This document shows positions 1 to 9,970 of a stretch of 64,000 nt of DNA, piece after piece. The translations under genes were made by a program, and so were the position numbers. Every line of letters begins with the position of its first letter. Position 1 is the stretch's first letter. The notes below the pieces were generated by a model. That model worked only from the letters and a program-made list of their open reading frames with translations. It had not been told where the DNA came from and made no database searches. This DNA comes from Victivallales bacterium (GTDB lineage: Bacteria; Verrucomicrobiota; Lentisphaeria; Victivallales; UBA1829): the NCBI GenBank assembly GCA_045114235.1, contig JBGUKB010000068.1:15606-79605 (forward strand), written 5' to 3'.

Positions 1-425
1 CCCTGGGCCTGTTCGGCGAAGATGCCCTTCGCAAGTTTCGGCGCGGCGGGCGCATCGCGTTTTTCCAGCAGCGCGAGGTATTGGGGCAGGATGGTCCCGA
101 TGTCCTTCTTCTGCTCGTTGGTGAGCACGAGGTCGATGTCCTGGTTCTGCTCCAGTTCGTCCTTGCTCACGTCCGCGGCGCAGCCGGTGAAGACGATGAA
201 CGACTGCGGATTCTCCGCCCGGATGGAGCGGAGCGCCTGTTTGCTTTTCTTGTATGCCGTCTCGGTGACCGTGCAGGAGTTGACGAGGATGAGGTTCGGG
301 CTGCTGGAGGCATCCGGGGAAACGATCTGGAATCCGAGGCGGATCAGTCTGTCGTTCAGGAGCGCGCTGTCGGCCTGGTTGAGCCGGCAGCCAAGTGTTA
401 TGACCGCTGCAGTGATCGGTTTCAT
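1..425 (-). CDS. mtaB: tRNA methylthiotransferase MtaB/MiaB family, 5' part (runs off window start)
   Basis: Not in the ORF track. Manual translation from the ATG at 425 gives MKPITAAVITLGCRLNQADS...NSCTVT...VFTGC, the UPF0004 N-terminal domain with three conserved Cys. The CTVT motif is MtaB-like. Confidence 0.8.
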   Translation of the reverse strand, partial: MKPITAAVITLGCRLNQADSALLNDRLIRLGFQIVSPDASSSPNLILVNSCTVTETAYKKSKQALRSIRAENPQSFIVFTGCAADVSKDELEQNQDIDLVLTNEQKKDIGTILPQYLALLEKRDAPAAPKLAKGIFAEQAQ

Positions 426-452
426 GTTATGTTGCTATGAAGTGAAGTCTTG

Positions 453-490
453 AAAAAAGAAGCCCTGCCGGGGCGCGGACCTCGGCGTAT
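453..490 (-). terminator. probable intrinsic terminator after proA
   Basis: On the minus strand an imperfect GC hairpin is followed by CTTCTTTTTT, just downstream of the proA stop. Confidence 0.45.
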
Positions 491-513
491 TGAGCGGAGT
501 GTGAGGGTACGGA

Positions 514-1800
514 TCAGGAACGGATCTGGCCCGTCCCGTAGATCTTGTACTTGTAGGAAGTGAGTTCGGGGAGTCCCATCGGGCCGCGCGCGTGGAACTT
601 GTCCGTGCTGATGCCCATTTCCGCGCCCATGCCGAACTCGCCGCCGTCGGTGAAGCGCGTGGAGGCGTTCCAGTACACGGCCGCGGAGTCGACGTTGTCG
701 AGGAAGAACTGCGCGTTCGCCTCGTCGGTCGTGAGGATGCTGTCGCTGTGGCCGGAGCCGTAGCGGTTGATGTGGTCGACGGCCTCCTTCACGCCGGGGA
801 CGATGCCGACCGTGACGTCGAGCGTTCCGTATTCCTTCGGCCAGTCCTCCTCGGTGGCAGGGACGACCGCGACGGGCGCGGCGAGCTTCGCGAACGCCTC
901 GTCTGCGTGCATGGTCACACCGAGCTGCGCAAGCCTCGCGGCGAGTTTCGGGGCGAATTCGGGCGCGATCGAGGCGTCGATGAGGATGGTTTCCAGCGCG
1001 TTGCAGACGCTCGGGCGCTGGCATTTAGCGTTTTCGATGACCGTGAGCGCCTGGTCCTGGTCGCAGACGTGGTCCACGAAGATGTGGCACACGCCCTTGT
1101 AATGCTTAAGGACGGGCATCGTGGCCTGCTCGACCACGGCGCGGATCAGGCGTTCGCCGCCGCGCGGGATGACCAGATTGATGCAGTCGTTCATCTTCAG
1201 CATGGCGGAGACGGCATCATGTCCCTTGAACGGCACGAGCTGGAGCGCGCCTTCGGGCATACCGGCGGCGACTCCGGCATCGGAAATGCACTTCGCGAGC
1301 GCCGAGTTCGAGCGGAAAGCTTCTTTGCCGCCGCGCAGAATGACCGCGTTGCCGGACTTGATGCAGAGCCCGGCGGCGTCGACCGTCACGTTCGGGCGGG
1401 ATTCATAGATGATCGCGATGACGCCGATCGGCACGGAGACCTTGTCAATGCGGAGGCCGTTCGGGCGCGTGACGCTGGAGAGGATGCGGCCGACCGGATC
1501 GTCGAGCCCCGCCACATGGCGCAGGGCGTCCGCCACGTCCTTGACGCGTTTCGGCGTCAGCGTGAGGCGTTCCAGTTTCGGCGCGTCCAGGCCGTTCTGC
1601 TTGGCCTCTGCCAGGTCTTCGGCGTTGGCGGCCAGAATGATTTCCGTGTCGCGTTCGAGCGCATCGGCCATCGCATGCAGCCAGCGTGTGCGGCTGGCGG
1701 AATCGGCGACGGAGAGCGCACGGGAGGCGCGGAGGGCGCGGAGCCCGAGTTCGTGCATCGCTTCCCGCATGTCGGCTTCGTTGTTTGTTTCGCAGATCAT
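514..1800 (-). CDS. proA: gamma-glutamyl phosphate reductase
   Basis: Motifs IYESRPNVT, LRGGKEA, IPRGGERLI, NAKCQRPSVCNALE, NASTRFTDGGEFGMGAEMGIST and HARGPMGL. Confidence 0.97.
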   Translation of the reverse strand: MICETNNEADMREAMHELGLRALRASRALSVADSASRTRWLHAMADALERDTEIILAANAEDLAEAKQNGLDAPKLERLTLTPKRVKDVADALRHVAGLDDPVGRILSSVTRPNGLRIDKVSVPIGVIAIIYESRPNVTVDAAGLCIKSGNAVILRGGKEAFRSNSALAKCISDAGVAAGMPEGALQLVPFKGHDAVSAMLKMNDCINLVIPRGGERLIRAVVEQATMPVLKHYKGVCHIFVDHVCDQDQALTVIENAKCQRPSVCNALETILIDASIAPEFAPKLAARLAQLGVTMHADEAFAKLAAPVAVVPATEEDWPKEYGTLDVTVGIVPGVKEAVDHINRYGSGHSDSILTTDEANAQFFLDNVDSAAVYWNASTRFTDGGEFGMGAEMGISTDKFHARGPMGLPELTSYKYKIYGTGQIRS

Positions 1801-1948
1801 CTGATAACCCTGATGTTTGGTGCGCCGGAAACGGCTTTATGGAGGCTGATGTCCGGCGCGACGGCCCCGCAAAGCGGAACCCCGTGTGAAAGATTGTGCA
1901 TAATAAGATACTTATCCTTGACGGATTTGCAAATCAAAACAGGAAAAA

Positions 1949-3886
1949 TTATGCCTTTTTCCCCTGAAACGACAGCATCAGCAGGGAAAACAGCAGATAG
2001 GAATGGTCTTTTCCGCCGTTTTGATGCTCGTCGATCAGGCGTTCCAATGCGGTCCGGTCGAACATTGTCCAACGTTTCGGCAATTCGTCCAGCAGCGCCT
2101 CACACAGACGGTCGCGCCAAACGGTGCGGAACCACGCCGCCACCGGCACGCCGAATCCGCGTTTGCGGCGCAGGGCGAGCTTCGGCGGAAGAAGACCCAT
2201 GCCCTGTTCCTGCCGTTCTTGATCTGCAGAGGAACACCAGTCCGGGGATGGATAATCCGCGAACGCGTCGCCGAGGATGCGTTTCCGGCGGCCGTCATGG
2301 ATTTTGAACGAGACGGGGAGGGCACGCGCGAACCTGGAGACCTTCGGGTCAAGGAAGGGGTTCCGCACCTCGAGCGAGGCGGCCATGGAGCAGACGTCGA
2401 CCTTCGTCAGCACGTCGCCGGGCAGATACCGGCGCAGGTCGTCCTCCATCAGCGACGCCATGAGCTCGGCGGCATCCGGCAAATCGCGTCCGGCATTCAG
2501 ATACGGACGGAGATCCGGTGCGATCAGCCCGACGGATTCCGCCGCGAAATGCGACATCAGAGCGTCGTAGCGTGCGGCCGCGCCGGAGACCGCGCCAAGC
2601 CGCAGGAACCGTTTCAGCCGCCCCGCCTTGCTCCGTTCGCCCGAATCCGGCAGGCATGCCGCCGCAGCGTTCCAGAGGAATCCCGGCGTGAACGTCCGCA
2701 GGTTTTGAATCATGTGCATCGCGTGGTAGCGTTCATATCCGCCGAACAGTTCGTCCGCGCCGTCTCCGCTCAGGGCGACCGTAACATGCTCGCGGGCGAA
2801 CGCCGCAAGGAAATACGTCGGGAGCATGGAAGCGTCAGCGTAAGGTTCGCCGAACTCGGCGGCGAGCTTCGGCAGCAGGTCGAAATCCTGCGGCTGAACT
2901 GTCTTGATATGGTGATGCAGTCCGTGCGGGGCGGTTTTTGCGAGGTACGCCGCCGTGGCCTTGCAGTCGGCGCTTTCGTCGTAGCGCGGATCGTCGAACC
3001 CGATGGAGAAGCATTCCAGCGGGGCGGTCGAATGCTTTGCGGCGAGGGTTGCCACGATGGCGGAGTCCAGCCCGCCGGACAGGAAGACGCCCAGCGGCAC
3101 GTCGGCGACCATGCGGCGTTTCACGGCATCCGAAAGCAGATACTCCACGGTCCCGCAGGCGCCCAAGTAGGTGAAATTCTCCGCGCAGACCGCGAGGTCC
3201 GGCCCAGTTTGGATTTGCGCACCCAGTTCGATTTCGCGGACCGCGCCCGTTTCCAGTTCAAATTCGACCGCGGTCCCCGGACACAGTTTCTTTACGCCTT
3301 CGCGGATGGTGGCGGGCGCGGGGATATACTGGAACGCCAGATAGTCAGCAAGCGCCGGAAGCGAGACCGTTTCCGGGCACCCCGGACAGAGCGTGAGCGT
3401 AGCAAACCGGCTTGCGAATCCGAATTCCCCGGTCGGCAGGTGGAAATAATACAGTGGCTTCACGCCGTGGTAGTCGCGCGCCAGCAGGAGAGTTTTTTTC
3501 TCAGAATCATAAAACGCGAACGCGAAGAAGCCGTTGAGGCGCGTGAGACAGTCCGCGCCTTCGCGGATCAGGAGTTTCAGGAGAACCTCGGTGTCAGATT
3601 TCGTAAAAAATGATTCGCCCGCCTGTTCCAGTTCGGCGCGGAGTTCGCGGAAGTTGAAGATCTCGCCGTTGAAGACGAGCGTGTACCGGCCGTCGCCGCC
3701 CTGCATGGGCTGTGCGCCGCCGTCGAGGTCGATCACGGAGAGGCGTGTGTGGGCGAGTCCGAGCGAGCCGTCCAGATACGTGCCCTGCGCATCCGGCCCC
3801 CGCTGGCGCATCGTACAGCAAAGTGTTTGCAGAAACGCCGCATCGGGCGGAGTCCGCGGATTGAAACAGCCTGCGATCCCGCACAT
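1949..3886 (-). CDS. asnB: asparagine synthase (glutamine-hydrolysing) / amidotransferase
   Basis: N-terminal MCGIAG, RGPD, RLSVIDL, FNGEIFN, SDTEV, LSGGLDS and SGDGADELFGGY. Confidence 0.93.
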   Translation of the reverse strand: MCGIAGCFNPRTPPDAAFLQTLCCTMRQRGPDAQGTYLDGSLGLAHTRLSVIDLDGGAQPMQGGDGRYTLVFNGEIFNFRELRAELEQAGESFFTKSDTEVLLKLLIREGADCLTRLNGFFAFAFYDSEKKTLLLARDYHGVKPLYYFHLPTGEFGFASRFATLTLCPGCPETVSLPALADYLAFQYIPAPATIREGVKKLCPGTAVEFELETGAVREIELGAQIQTGPDLAVCAENFTYLGACGTVEYLLSDAVKRRMVADVPLGVFLSGGLDSAIVATLAAKHSTAPLECFSIGFDDPRYDESADCKATAAYLAKTAPHGLHHHIKTVQPQDFDLLPKLAAEFGEPYADASMLPTYFLAAFAREHVTVALSGDGADELFGGYERYHAMHMIQNLRTFTPGFLWNAAAACLPDSGERSKAGRLKRFLRLGAVSGAAARYDALMSHFAAESVGLIAPDLRPYLNAGRDLPDAAELMASLMEDDLRRYLPGDVLTKVDVCSMAASLEVRNPFLDPKVSRFARALPVSFKIHDGRRKRILGDAFADYPSPDWCSSADQERQEQGMGLLPPKLALRRKRGFGVPVAAWFRTVWRDRLCEALLDELPKRWTMFDRTALERLIDEHQNGGKDHSYLLFSLLMLSFQGKKA

Positions 3887-3889
3887 AGA

Positions 3890-4771
3890 TTATTCCCCCT
3901 TCTCCGCGATCGGGATATGCCGGGACTGACGCCGCCGGAGTTCCGCCGCCTCGTAGTCGGCTTTGGCACGCGGGATGAAACATGCGTCGAGGAAGCGTTC
4001 GAGGATGATTTCCCGCGCGAGCTCGGACGGATGGAGCATGTCCTCGGCGTAGAACCGGTAATCGCGCAATTCGTCGTTCAGGATCTCGAACGCGGGGAAA
4101 TACGCGCAGCCGTCGACCTTGGCGCAGACGTCCGCGGCCGCCGCCCGCAACCTCGCCTTCGAGAGCGAGTTCGTGGTCAGGTCGCCCGGATTGTGCCGTA
4201 CGGGCGACAACGTGATGATGATCGGGCACTTGGCGTTGTACGAACGGATGATCTCGCATGCGTTGCGCATCGCGGCGCGGCAGGTATCGTAGGACAGCAC
4301 GGACTGCTCGAACTCGCTGCCTGGCGCTTTGTGGCAGTTCGCGACCACGAGGCGTTCCGGCAGGTGCTTGTAGACGACCGCGGTCGACACGGTCATGAGG
4401 AAGAAGTCGGCTTTTTTTAGCACACGACGGAACCGTTTCGCGGATTCGTTGGCGTTTGCGGCTCCCTCGGCTGCACTCGCGGCGGAGAACGCTCCGTGGT
4501 GCCGCCACGAATGCCATAGCCCGTTCAGCTCGAAGAAATCGCTCTCCGTGTAGCCGCATTCCAGCCGCTGCAAAGCGTCGTTGATGGAGTACGGATTGTA
4601 CAGGATCCCGTTCGGATTGATCATGCCGCGCATGCCGCTGTTGAGCAGCGTCAGGGCGATATCCTGCGCGAAGCACGAGCCGATGGCGGCGAGCGTGCCC
4701 TGCGCCCGGATCTTCGGGAACGGGAAGGTGTAATTGACCGGGGTGTACGGGATGGAGCCTGATGTATTCAT
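3890..4771 (-). CDS. GSCFA domain protein (SGNH-hydrolase-like)
   Basis: Literal GSCFA motif, NPNGILYNP, TLSPVRH, YFPAFEI and DELRDYRFYAEDMLHPS. Confidence 0.9.
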   Translation of the reverse strand: MNTSGSIPYTPVNYTFPFPKIRAQGTLAAIGSCFAQDIALTLLNSGMRGMINPNGILYNPYSINDALQRLECGYTESDFFELNGLWHSWRHHGAFSAASAAEGAANANESAKRFRRVLKKADFFLMTVSTAVVYKHLPERLVVANCHKAPGSEFEQSVLSYDTCRAAMRNACEIIRSYNAKCPIIITLSPVRHNPGDLTTNSLSKARLRAAAADVCAKVDGCAYFPAFEILNDELRDYRFYAEDMLHPSELAREIILERFLDACFIPRAKADYEAAELRRRQSRHIPIAEKGE

Positions 4772-6972
4772 GTGAGCGGGCCTCCGGTGATGAGTTTTTC
4801 GAGCAGGAGCGAGTAGCGCGGTTCCCGGACGGCGTTGCGGACCGCCATGGAAACGGCCTTGCGCGAACCGACCAGGACCATGAGGCGTTTGGCGCGGGTG
4901 ATGCCGGTATAGAGCAGGTTCCGCTGGAGCATCATGTAGTGCTGGGACAGGATGGGCATGACGACCGCGGGGAATTCGCAGCCCTGGGATTTGTGGACGG
5001 TGACGGCGTAGGCGGGAACGATCTGCTCCGCCTCCTCGAACCGGTATTCGACCAACGGGCCGGACTCGTAGCGAACCTGGAATGATTCGTTCTGGAAGTC
5101 GATGCGCCCGAGGAATCCCATGTCGCCGTTGAACACGTTCTTGTCGTAGTTGTTCACGATTTGCATGACCTTGTCGCCGGTCTTGAACAGGCGGCCAAGC
5201 GAACGGAACACGAACTTCTTCTCCGGGTTCAGTTTCTCCTGCAGCAGTTCGTTCATCGCCTGCGTCCCGACCGCGCCGCGGTTCATCGGGCAGAGCAGCT
5301 GCACGTCGCGGACCGGGTCGAGCCCGAACCGGCGAGGGATGCGGTCGGTGATCATGCGTTCGATCACGTCTGCGGCGTCCTCCGGATCGTCCTTCTCGAT
5401 CCAGTAGAAATCAGCCTGCGCATCCTTCGCGCGGCGGGGCAGACGCGGCACGACGCCGTTGTTCACGTCGTGGGCGGCGTGGATAATGCCGCTGCCGTCG
5501 CCCTGCCGGAATATCTGTGTGAGGCGGGAAACCGGGCAGACACCCGATGCGATGAGGTCGTTCAGGACATTGCCGGGGCCAACGGACGGGAGCTGGTCCG
5601 GATCGCCCACGATCACGACGGACGCCCCCGGCTTCACTGCGCGGAAGAACGCCAGCGCGAGCAGGATGTCGAGCATGGACGTCTCGTCCAGCACATACAG
5701 GTCGTAGGGCAGCTGGTTGCCGCGCCCGAACACGAACTTGCGGGCGGCGGGGTCCCATTTGAGCAGGCGGTGGATCGTGAACGAGGTCAGCCCGGTAGCT
5801 TCGGTCATGCGCTTCGCGGCGCGTCCGGTCGGAGCCGCCAGCGCGATCGAAAGATGCGACAGTTTCGCGCGGCGGACGATCTCCGAGACGACCGTGGTCT
5901 TGCCGACGCCGGGTCCGCCCGTAATGATCGTAATGGGGGACTGGGACACACGGTCGACGGCGAGGAGCTGTTCGGAGCTGAATTTCGAGTTCGGCGGGGC
6001 GGGGATTTGCGCGAGCTTCATCCCGGCGTAGCGGTCGCGCGACTGGAGGAACCGGATGAGGAAGGGCAGTTCGTCCTCGCAGCGGAGGAGCCCCGGCTCG
6101 TAGATCATCACGTCGCCTTCGTGCGAAACGCAGGACGCCGCGCGCTTCGTTTCCAGCGCCTTTTCGATGGCGGCGCCCGCGTCGGCCTCGTCCACCTCGA
6201 GCAGTTCCGCCAGGAACTTGACGAAAACCGCCTGCGGCATGCAGACGTGTCCGGCCTGACGCGCCTGAAGGAGTCCGTAGGTCACACCCGCGGTCATGCG
6301 GCGCACGTCGTTGCGTCCGATGCCAAGCTGGCGCGCGATCTTGTCCGCGTAGGTAAACCCGATGCCCTTGATGTCGGCGGCGAGCCGGTAGGGGTTCCCC
6401 TTGATGACCTCGGGGGCCTCGTTGCCGTACTTGTCGTAGATGCGTACGAACCAGGCGGGATTGATGCCGAGGCCCTGAAGATAGATCTGGCTTTCGCGGC
6501 GGTCGGAATTCTCCTTCCACGCCTTGCGGATGGCCTCGATGCGTTTCTTGCCGAGGCCGGGGACTTCCTTCAGGCGGCGCGACTGCTGGTTCAGCACGGT
6601 CAGCGTGTCCGTGCCAAACGTGTCGACGATGGACTTGGCGTACTTCTCGCCGATGCCCTTCACGACCCCGCTGGAAAGATACTTGATGAGGCCGTCGCGC
6701 GTGGCAGGGAGCGAGAACTCGCACGAGCTCACGCGGAACTGACGTCCGTGGTCCTTGTGCATCTCCCACTTGCCGGAGAGCCGGACCGTCTGGCCGGGGG
6801 AAAGCCCCGGCACGGTCCCGACGGCGGTATGTACGGCGCCCTGAGGGTCCCGCAGGCGGAACACGGTGTACGAGGCGTCCTCGCTTTCGTACACGACGTG
6901 CTCCACTTCTCCGTTGAGCTTATGCTCGGCGAGAGAGGCGCTTCCGGATCCGGTGCCGAGTTCGTCCGTCAT
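4768..6972 (-). CDS. recD2: ATP-dependent RecD-like DNA helicase (RecD2)
   Basis: N-terminal OB and HhH regions (GIGEK, GLGKK, NPYRL, GIGFTYAD), Walker A GGPGVGKT, DETSM, GDPDQLPSVGPG, HKSQGCEF and LLYTGITRA. Confidence 0.95.
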   Translation of the reverse strand: MTDELGTGSGSASLAEHKLNGEVEHVVYESEDASYTVFRLRDPQGAVHTAVGTVPGLSPGQTVRLSGKWEMHKDHGRQFRVSSCEFSLPATRDGLIKYLSSGVVKGIGEKYAKSIVDTFGTDTLTVLNQQSRRLKEVPGLGKKRIEAIRKAWKENSDRRESQIYLQGLGINPAWFVRIYDKYGNEAPEVIKGNPYRLAADIKGIGFTYADKIARQLGIGRNDVRRMTAGVTYGLLQARQAGHVCMPQAVFVKFLAELLEVDEADAGAAIEKALETKRAASCVSHEGDVMIYEPGLLRCEDELPFLIRFLQSRDRYAGMKLAQIPAPPNSKFSSEQLLAVDRVSQSPITIITGGPGVGKTTVVSEIVRRAKLSHLSIALAAPTGRAAKRMTEATGLTSFTIHRLLKWDPAARKFVFGRGNQLPYDLYVLDETSMLDILLALAFFRAVKPGASVVIVGDPDQLPSVGPGNVLNDLIASGVCPVSRLTQIFRQGDGSGIIHAAHDVNNGVVPRLPRRAKDAQADFYWIEKDDPEDAADVIERMITDRIPRRFGLDPVRDVQLLCPMNRGAVGTQAMNELLQEKLNPEKKFVFRSLGRLFKTGDKVMQIVNNYDKNVFNGDMGFLGRIDFQNESFQVRYESGPLVEYRFEEAEQIVPAYAVTVHKSQGCEFPAVVMPILSQHYMMLQRNLLYTGITRAKRLMVLVGSRKAVSMAVRNAVREPRYSLLLEKLITGGPLT

Positions 6973-7009
6973 GACCGCCCGCGGGTTTTGAGCTTAAAAC
7001 TCGATCGGA

Positions 7010-8122
7010 TCAGTGATGCGAGAAGATGCGTTCCGGCGCATGGCGCAGCGCCACGCCGAGCTCGTTCGCGCGCTTCACCACGTCGGCGTCCTTCAGGGAA
7101 CCGGCGGGGGAAACGACCGCGCGGATGCCAGCGGCGGCGGCGACTTCGAGGGCGTCCGGGAACGGGAAGAAGCCGTCGCTGGACATGGCGGCTCCGTCGA
7201 GCGTGACGTCGCCGGTGAATTTCTGCTTGAACTTTTCGATGGCCTGTTCGACCGCGCCCACGCGGTCCTGTTCGCCGGTGCCCACGGAGAGCGTCTGGCC
7301 GTTCTTCACGATCACGACGCCGTTCGAGCGCACGGAGATGTTGATGTACCACGCCGCGAGCAGGTCCTTCGCCTGCTGGTCGGTCGGCTCCACGGTGGAG
7401 ACCTGGGCGCCGCACGCCTTGTTCTCGCCTGTGGCAGCTGGAAGATCGGCGAAGGAGCGGACGTGCGTGAGGAGCGGGGCGGCGACCACGAGCGAGCCGT
7501 CCGCGAGGACCTTGATGGTGTTGACGGCGGGGTCGCCGACGAACTTGGGCAGGGTGTCGAGCGCGCCGCACTTGAGCACGCGGAGCTGCTTGTTGACCTT
7601 GTAGGTCACGCTGTCGTTGAAGACCTCGAGGGCGTCGGCGTCGAAATCGGGCGCGACGACGCATTCGGCGAAGAGCTCCATGATGGCCGCCGCAGTGTCC
7701 TTGTCGACCTTGCGGTTGAACGCGATCACGCTGCCGAACGCCGCGCGGGCGTCGCAGTCGCGCGCTTTGATGAAGACCTGGCGGAGCGTTTCGTCGGGGA
7801 GGCCGACTGCAGCGCCGCTGGGGTTCACGTGCTTCATCACGGCGCATGCGGGCTCCGCGAAATACTTCACGATGTTCAGCGCGCCGGAGATGTCCTCCAG
7901 GTTGGTCTGGGAAAGGCCGTTCTTGCCGGTCTTCAGCACTTCGAGGTCCATGATCGCGCCGTGATCGTCGGCGGGACGGTAGAACGCCGCGGGCTGGTGC
8001 GGGTTGGTCCCGTAGCGGAGGTCGTCCTTTTTGACGTAGCGGCGTCCGCAGACGACGATTTCATCGGGGAAATCCCCGATATTGGCGGTAAGATAGGTGT
8101 TTCTGTCGATCTTTCCAGACAT
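7010..8122 (-). CDS. purH: AICAR transformylase domain of PurH, stand-alone (no N-terminal IMP cyclohydrolase domain)
   Basis: LRYGTNPHQ, MKHVNPSG, AFGSVIAFN, RSNGV, GTGEQDRV and SDGFFPFPD; only 370 aa versus ~510-530 for bifunctional PurH. Confidence 0.85.
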   Translation of the reverse strand: MSGKIDRNTYLTANIGDFPDEIVVCGRRYVKKDDLRYGTNPHQPAAFYRPADDHGAIMDLEVLKTGKNGLSQTNLEDISGALNIVKYFAEPACAVMKHVNPSGAAVGLPDETLRQVFIKARDCDARAAFGSVIAFNRKVDKDTAAAIMELFAECVVAPDFDADALEVFNDSVTYKVNKQLRVLKCGALDTLPKFVGDPAVNTIKVLADGSLVVAAPLLTHVRSFADLPAATGENKACGAQVSTVEPTDQQAKDLLAAWYINISVRSNGVVIVKNGQTLSVGTGEQDRVGAVEQAIEKFKQKFTGDVTLDGAAMSSDGFFPFPDALEVAAAAGIRAVVSPAGSLKDADVVKRANELGVALRHAPERIFSHH

Positions 8123-8264
8123 TTTTTCGACTCCGGCTTTGAAAGGTTGGAATTTTGTGGTATCTTAATAAAGAAAAAACGCAGTATTCAATTTACATTC
8201 ACGCGGGCAATATCGCAAATCACATTCGCAAAAATTCTTCGATTTTATTTGGACCTGACCTGAA

Positions 8265-8909
8265 ATGAACGGTATTTTTCTGACACTGGAGGGCGGCGAA
8301 GGCTGCGGCAAATCCACTCAGCTCGAACGCGTCGCCGAAGCCCTGCGCGTCAAGTCCGGCCGCGAGGTCGTCACGGCGCGTTCCCCCGGCGGCACAGCGG
8401 TCGCCGAAAAGATCCGCGCCATCCTGAAGACGCGCGAGCCGGGCGAGGACCTGCTGCCGGAAACGGAGCTGATGCTCTTCGGCGCATGCCACGCCCAGAT
8501 GTGCGAACACATGATCCGTCCGGCGCTGGCGCGCGGCGCGGTCGTCATCTCCGACCGGTTCACCGACAGCACGCTCGTCTACCAGGGCTGCGCCCGGCGC
8601 ATAGCGCCGGAAACGGTCGCCCGCGTGAACGAATTCGTCTGCCGCGGCACGCGCCCCGACCTGGTGCTGGTGCTGGACATCCCGGTGGAGCTCGGCCTGA
8701 GGCGGACCACGTCACGTTCGGGCGGAACTACGGAAAACGACCGGTTCGACTCCGAATCGACGGCGTTCCATACCGCTGTGCGGAACGGCTTCCTCGAGCT
8801 CGCGCGACGCGAACCAGGCCGGTTCGCCGTGATCGACGCGTCCCCCTCGCCCGAAGAGGTCACCCAATCTATCCTGGAGGCGATCCATGCACGACTGGCA
8901 ATCCTTTGA
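8265..8909 (+). CDS. tmk: thymidylate kinase
   Basis: FLTLEGGEGCGKST, SPGGT, SDRFTDSTLVYQG and PDLVLVLD. Confidence 0.96.
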   Translation: MNGIFLTLEGGEGCGKSTQLERVAEALRVKSGREVVTARSPGGTAVAEKIRAILKTREPGEDLLPETELMLFGACHAQMCEHMIRPALARGAVVISDRFTDSTLVYQGCARRIAPETVARVNEFVCRGTRPDLVLVLDIPVELGLRRTTSRSGGTTENDRFDSESTAFHTAVRNGFLELARREPGRFAVIDASPSPEEVTQSILEAIHARLAIL

Positions 8910-9963
8910 ATCCGCGTATCCGCTCCTCGGCCGCTCCCTCCGCACGGCGAAAAATGCGGGCCGCCTCGGACATTCGCACCTCGTCGTCTCCTCGAACGCC
9001 GCCATCCGCAACCGGTTCCCGACCCTGCTCGCCCAGCTCGCGGTCTGCTTGGACCCGCTGCCCGACGGCGCGCCGTGCGGACACTGCGAGACGTGTTCCC
9101 TGCTGGAAAACGGGCTGTATCCCGATCTCTTCCTGCTCGCGCCGACCTCGAAATCGCGCCAGATCGTGATCGGGAACGACGATTCCGAGCCGGACACGCT
9201 CCGCAACTTCGAATCCATGTTCCACCTCAGCAGCTCCGCGCCCGGCGGCTGGAAGATCGGCGTGATCCAGGACTGCGACACCATGAACGAAAACGCGCAG
9301 AACGCGTTCCTGAAGACGCTCGAGGAACCGCCGCGCAACTGCCTCTTCATCCTCACCACGGGGCATCCCGCCTCGCTCCTGCCCACGATCCGTTCCCGCT
9401 GCCAGATCCTTTCGCTCACGGACAACGTCTGCAAGTACGACATGGAGACGTTCTGCGCCATGCCCGAGTTGCTCATGAAGCTCACGTTCGCCTCGAAGGG
9501 CGACCTCGTGACGGGCGAGGACTGCGCCGCCGGGCTGATCGACATCCTCGGTTCGCTCGGCAGCATGGCGGAGGCGACCGTGCAGGCGCGCTGGGACGAC
9601 CGCCTGAAATCCGCCGAGAACCTCGAATCCGCCGCGATCAAGCTGATCGAGAAGCGCATGGACGGCGAGACCGGCTGCGAATACCTCCGCCTCCGCGAGG
9701 AATTCCTGAGCATCCTGCATACCTGGTTCGCGCAGATCGCGCTCGTCTCCGAGGGGACGCCGCTCGAACTTCTGCCGAATCCCGAGGTCGTCCGCGTATG
9801 GCTGGACGCCGATCCGCGCCCCGCACTCCCGCCGGACGAAGCCGCGCGCATGCTGGCCGAGGCGGAAAATCTGGTCCGCGTACTGAATACGAACGTCAAC
9901 GACGAGCTCGCCGTGCGGGCGTTCGCGCTCTCCGTCGCAATCGACACCGGCGTGCAGGGGTGA
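8887..9963 (+). CDS. holB: DNA polymerase III delta-prime subunit
   Basis: PCGHCETC zinc motif, AQNAFLKTLEEP, LLPTIRSRCQ; follows tmk as is typical. Confidence 0.9.
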   Translation: MHDWQSFESAYPLLGRSLRTAKNAGRLGHSHLVVSSNAAIRNRFPTLLAQLAVCLDPLPDGAPCGHCETCSLLENGLYPDLFLLAPTSKSRQIVIGNDDSEPDTLRNFESMFHLSSSAPGGWKIGVIQDCDTMNENAQNAFLKTLEEPPRNCLFILTTGHPASLLPTIRSRCQILSLTDNVCKYDMETFCAMPELLMKLTFASKGDLVTGEDCAAGLIDILGSLGSMAEATVQARWDDRLKSAENLESAAIKLIEKRMDGETGCEYLRLREEFLSILHTWFAQIALVSEGTPLELLPNPEVVRVWLDADPRPALPPDEAARMLAEAENLVRVLNTNVNDELAVRAFALSVAIDTGVQG

Positions 9964-9970
9964 ACGTACG

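Noticed and set aside
1949-3886. asnB as a lasso-peptide cyclase linked to the NTP_transf_5 gene
   Set aside because: It has an intact N-terminal Cys glutaminase domain (MCGIAG), no precursor or B-protein genes nearby, and lies 28 kb from the NTase.
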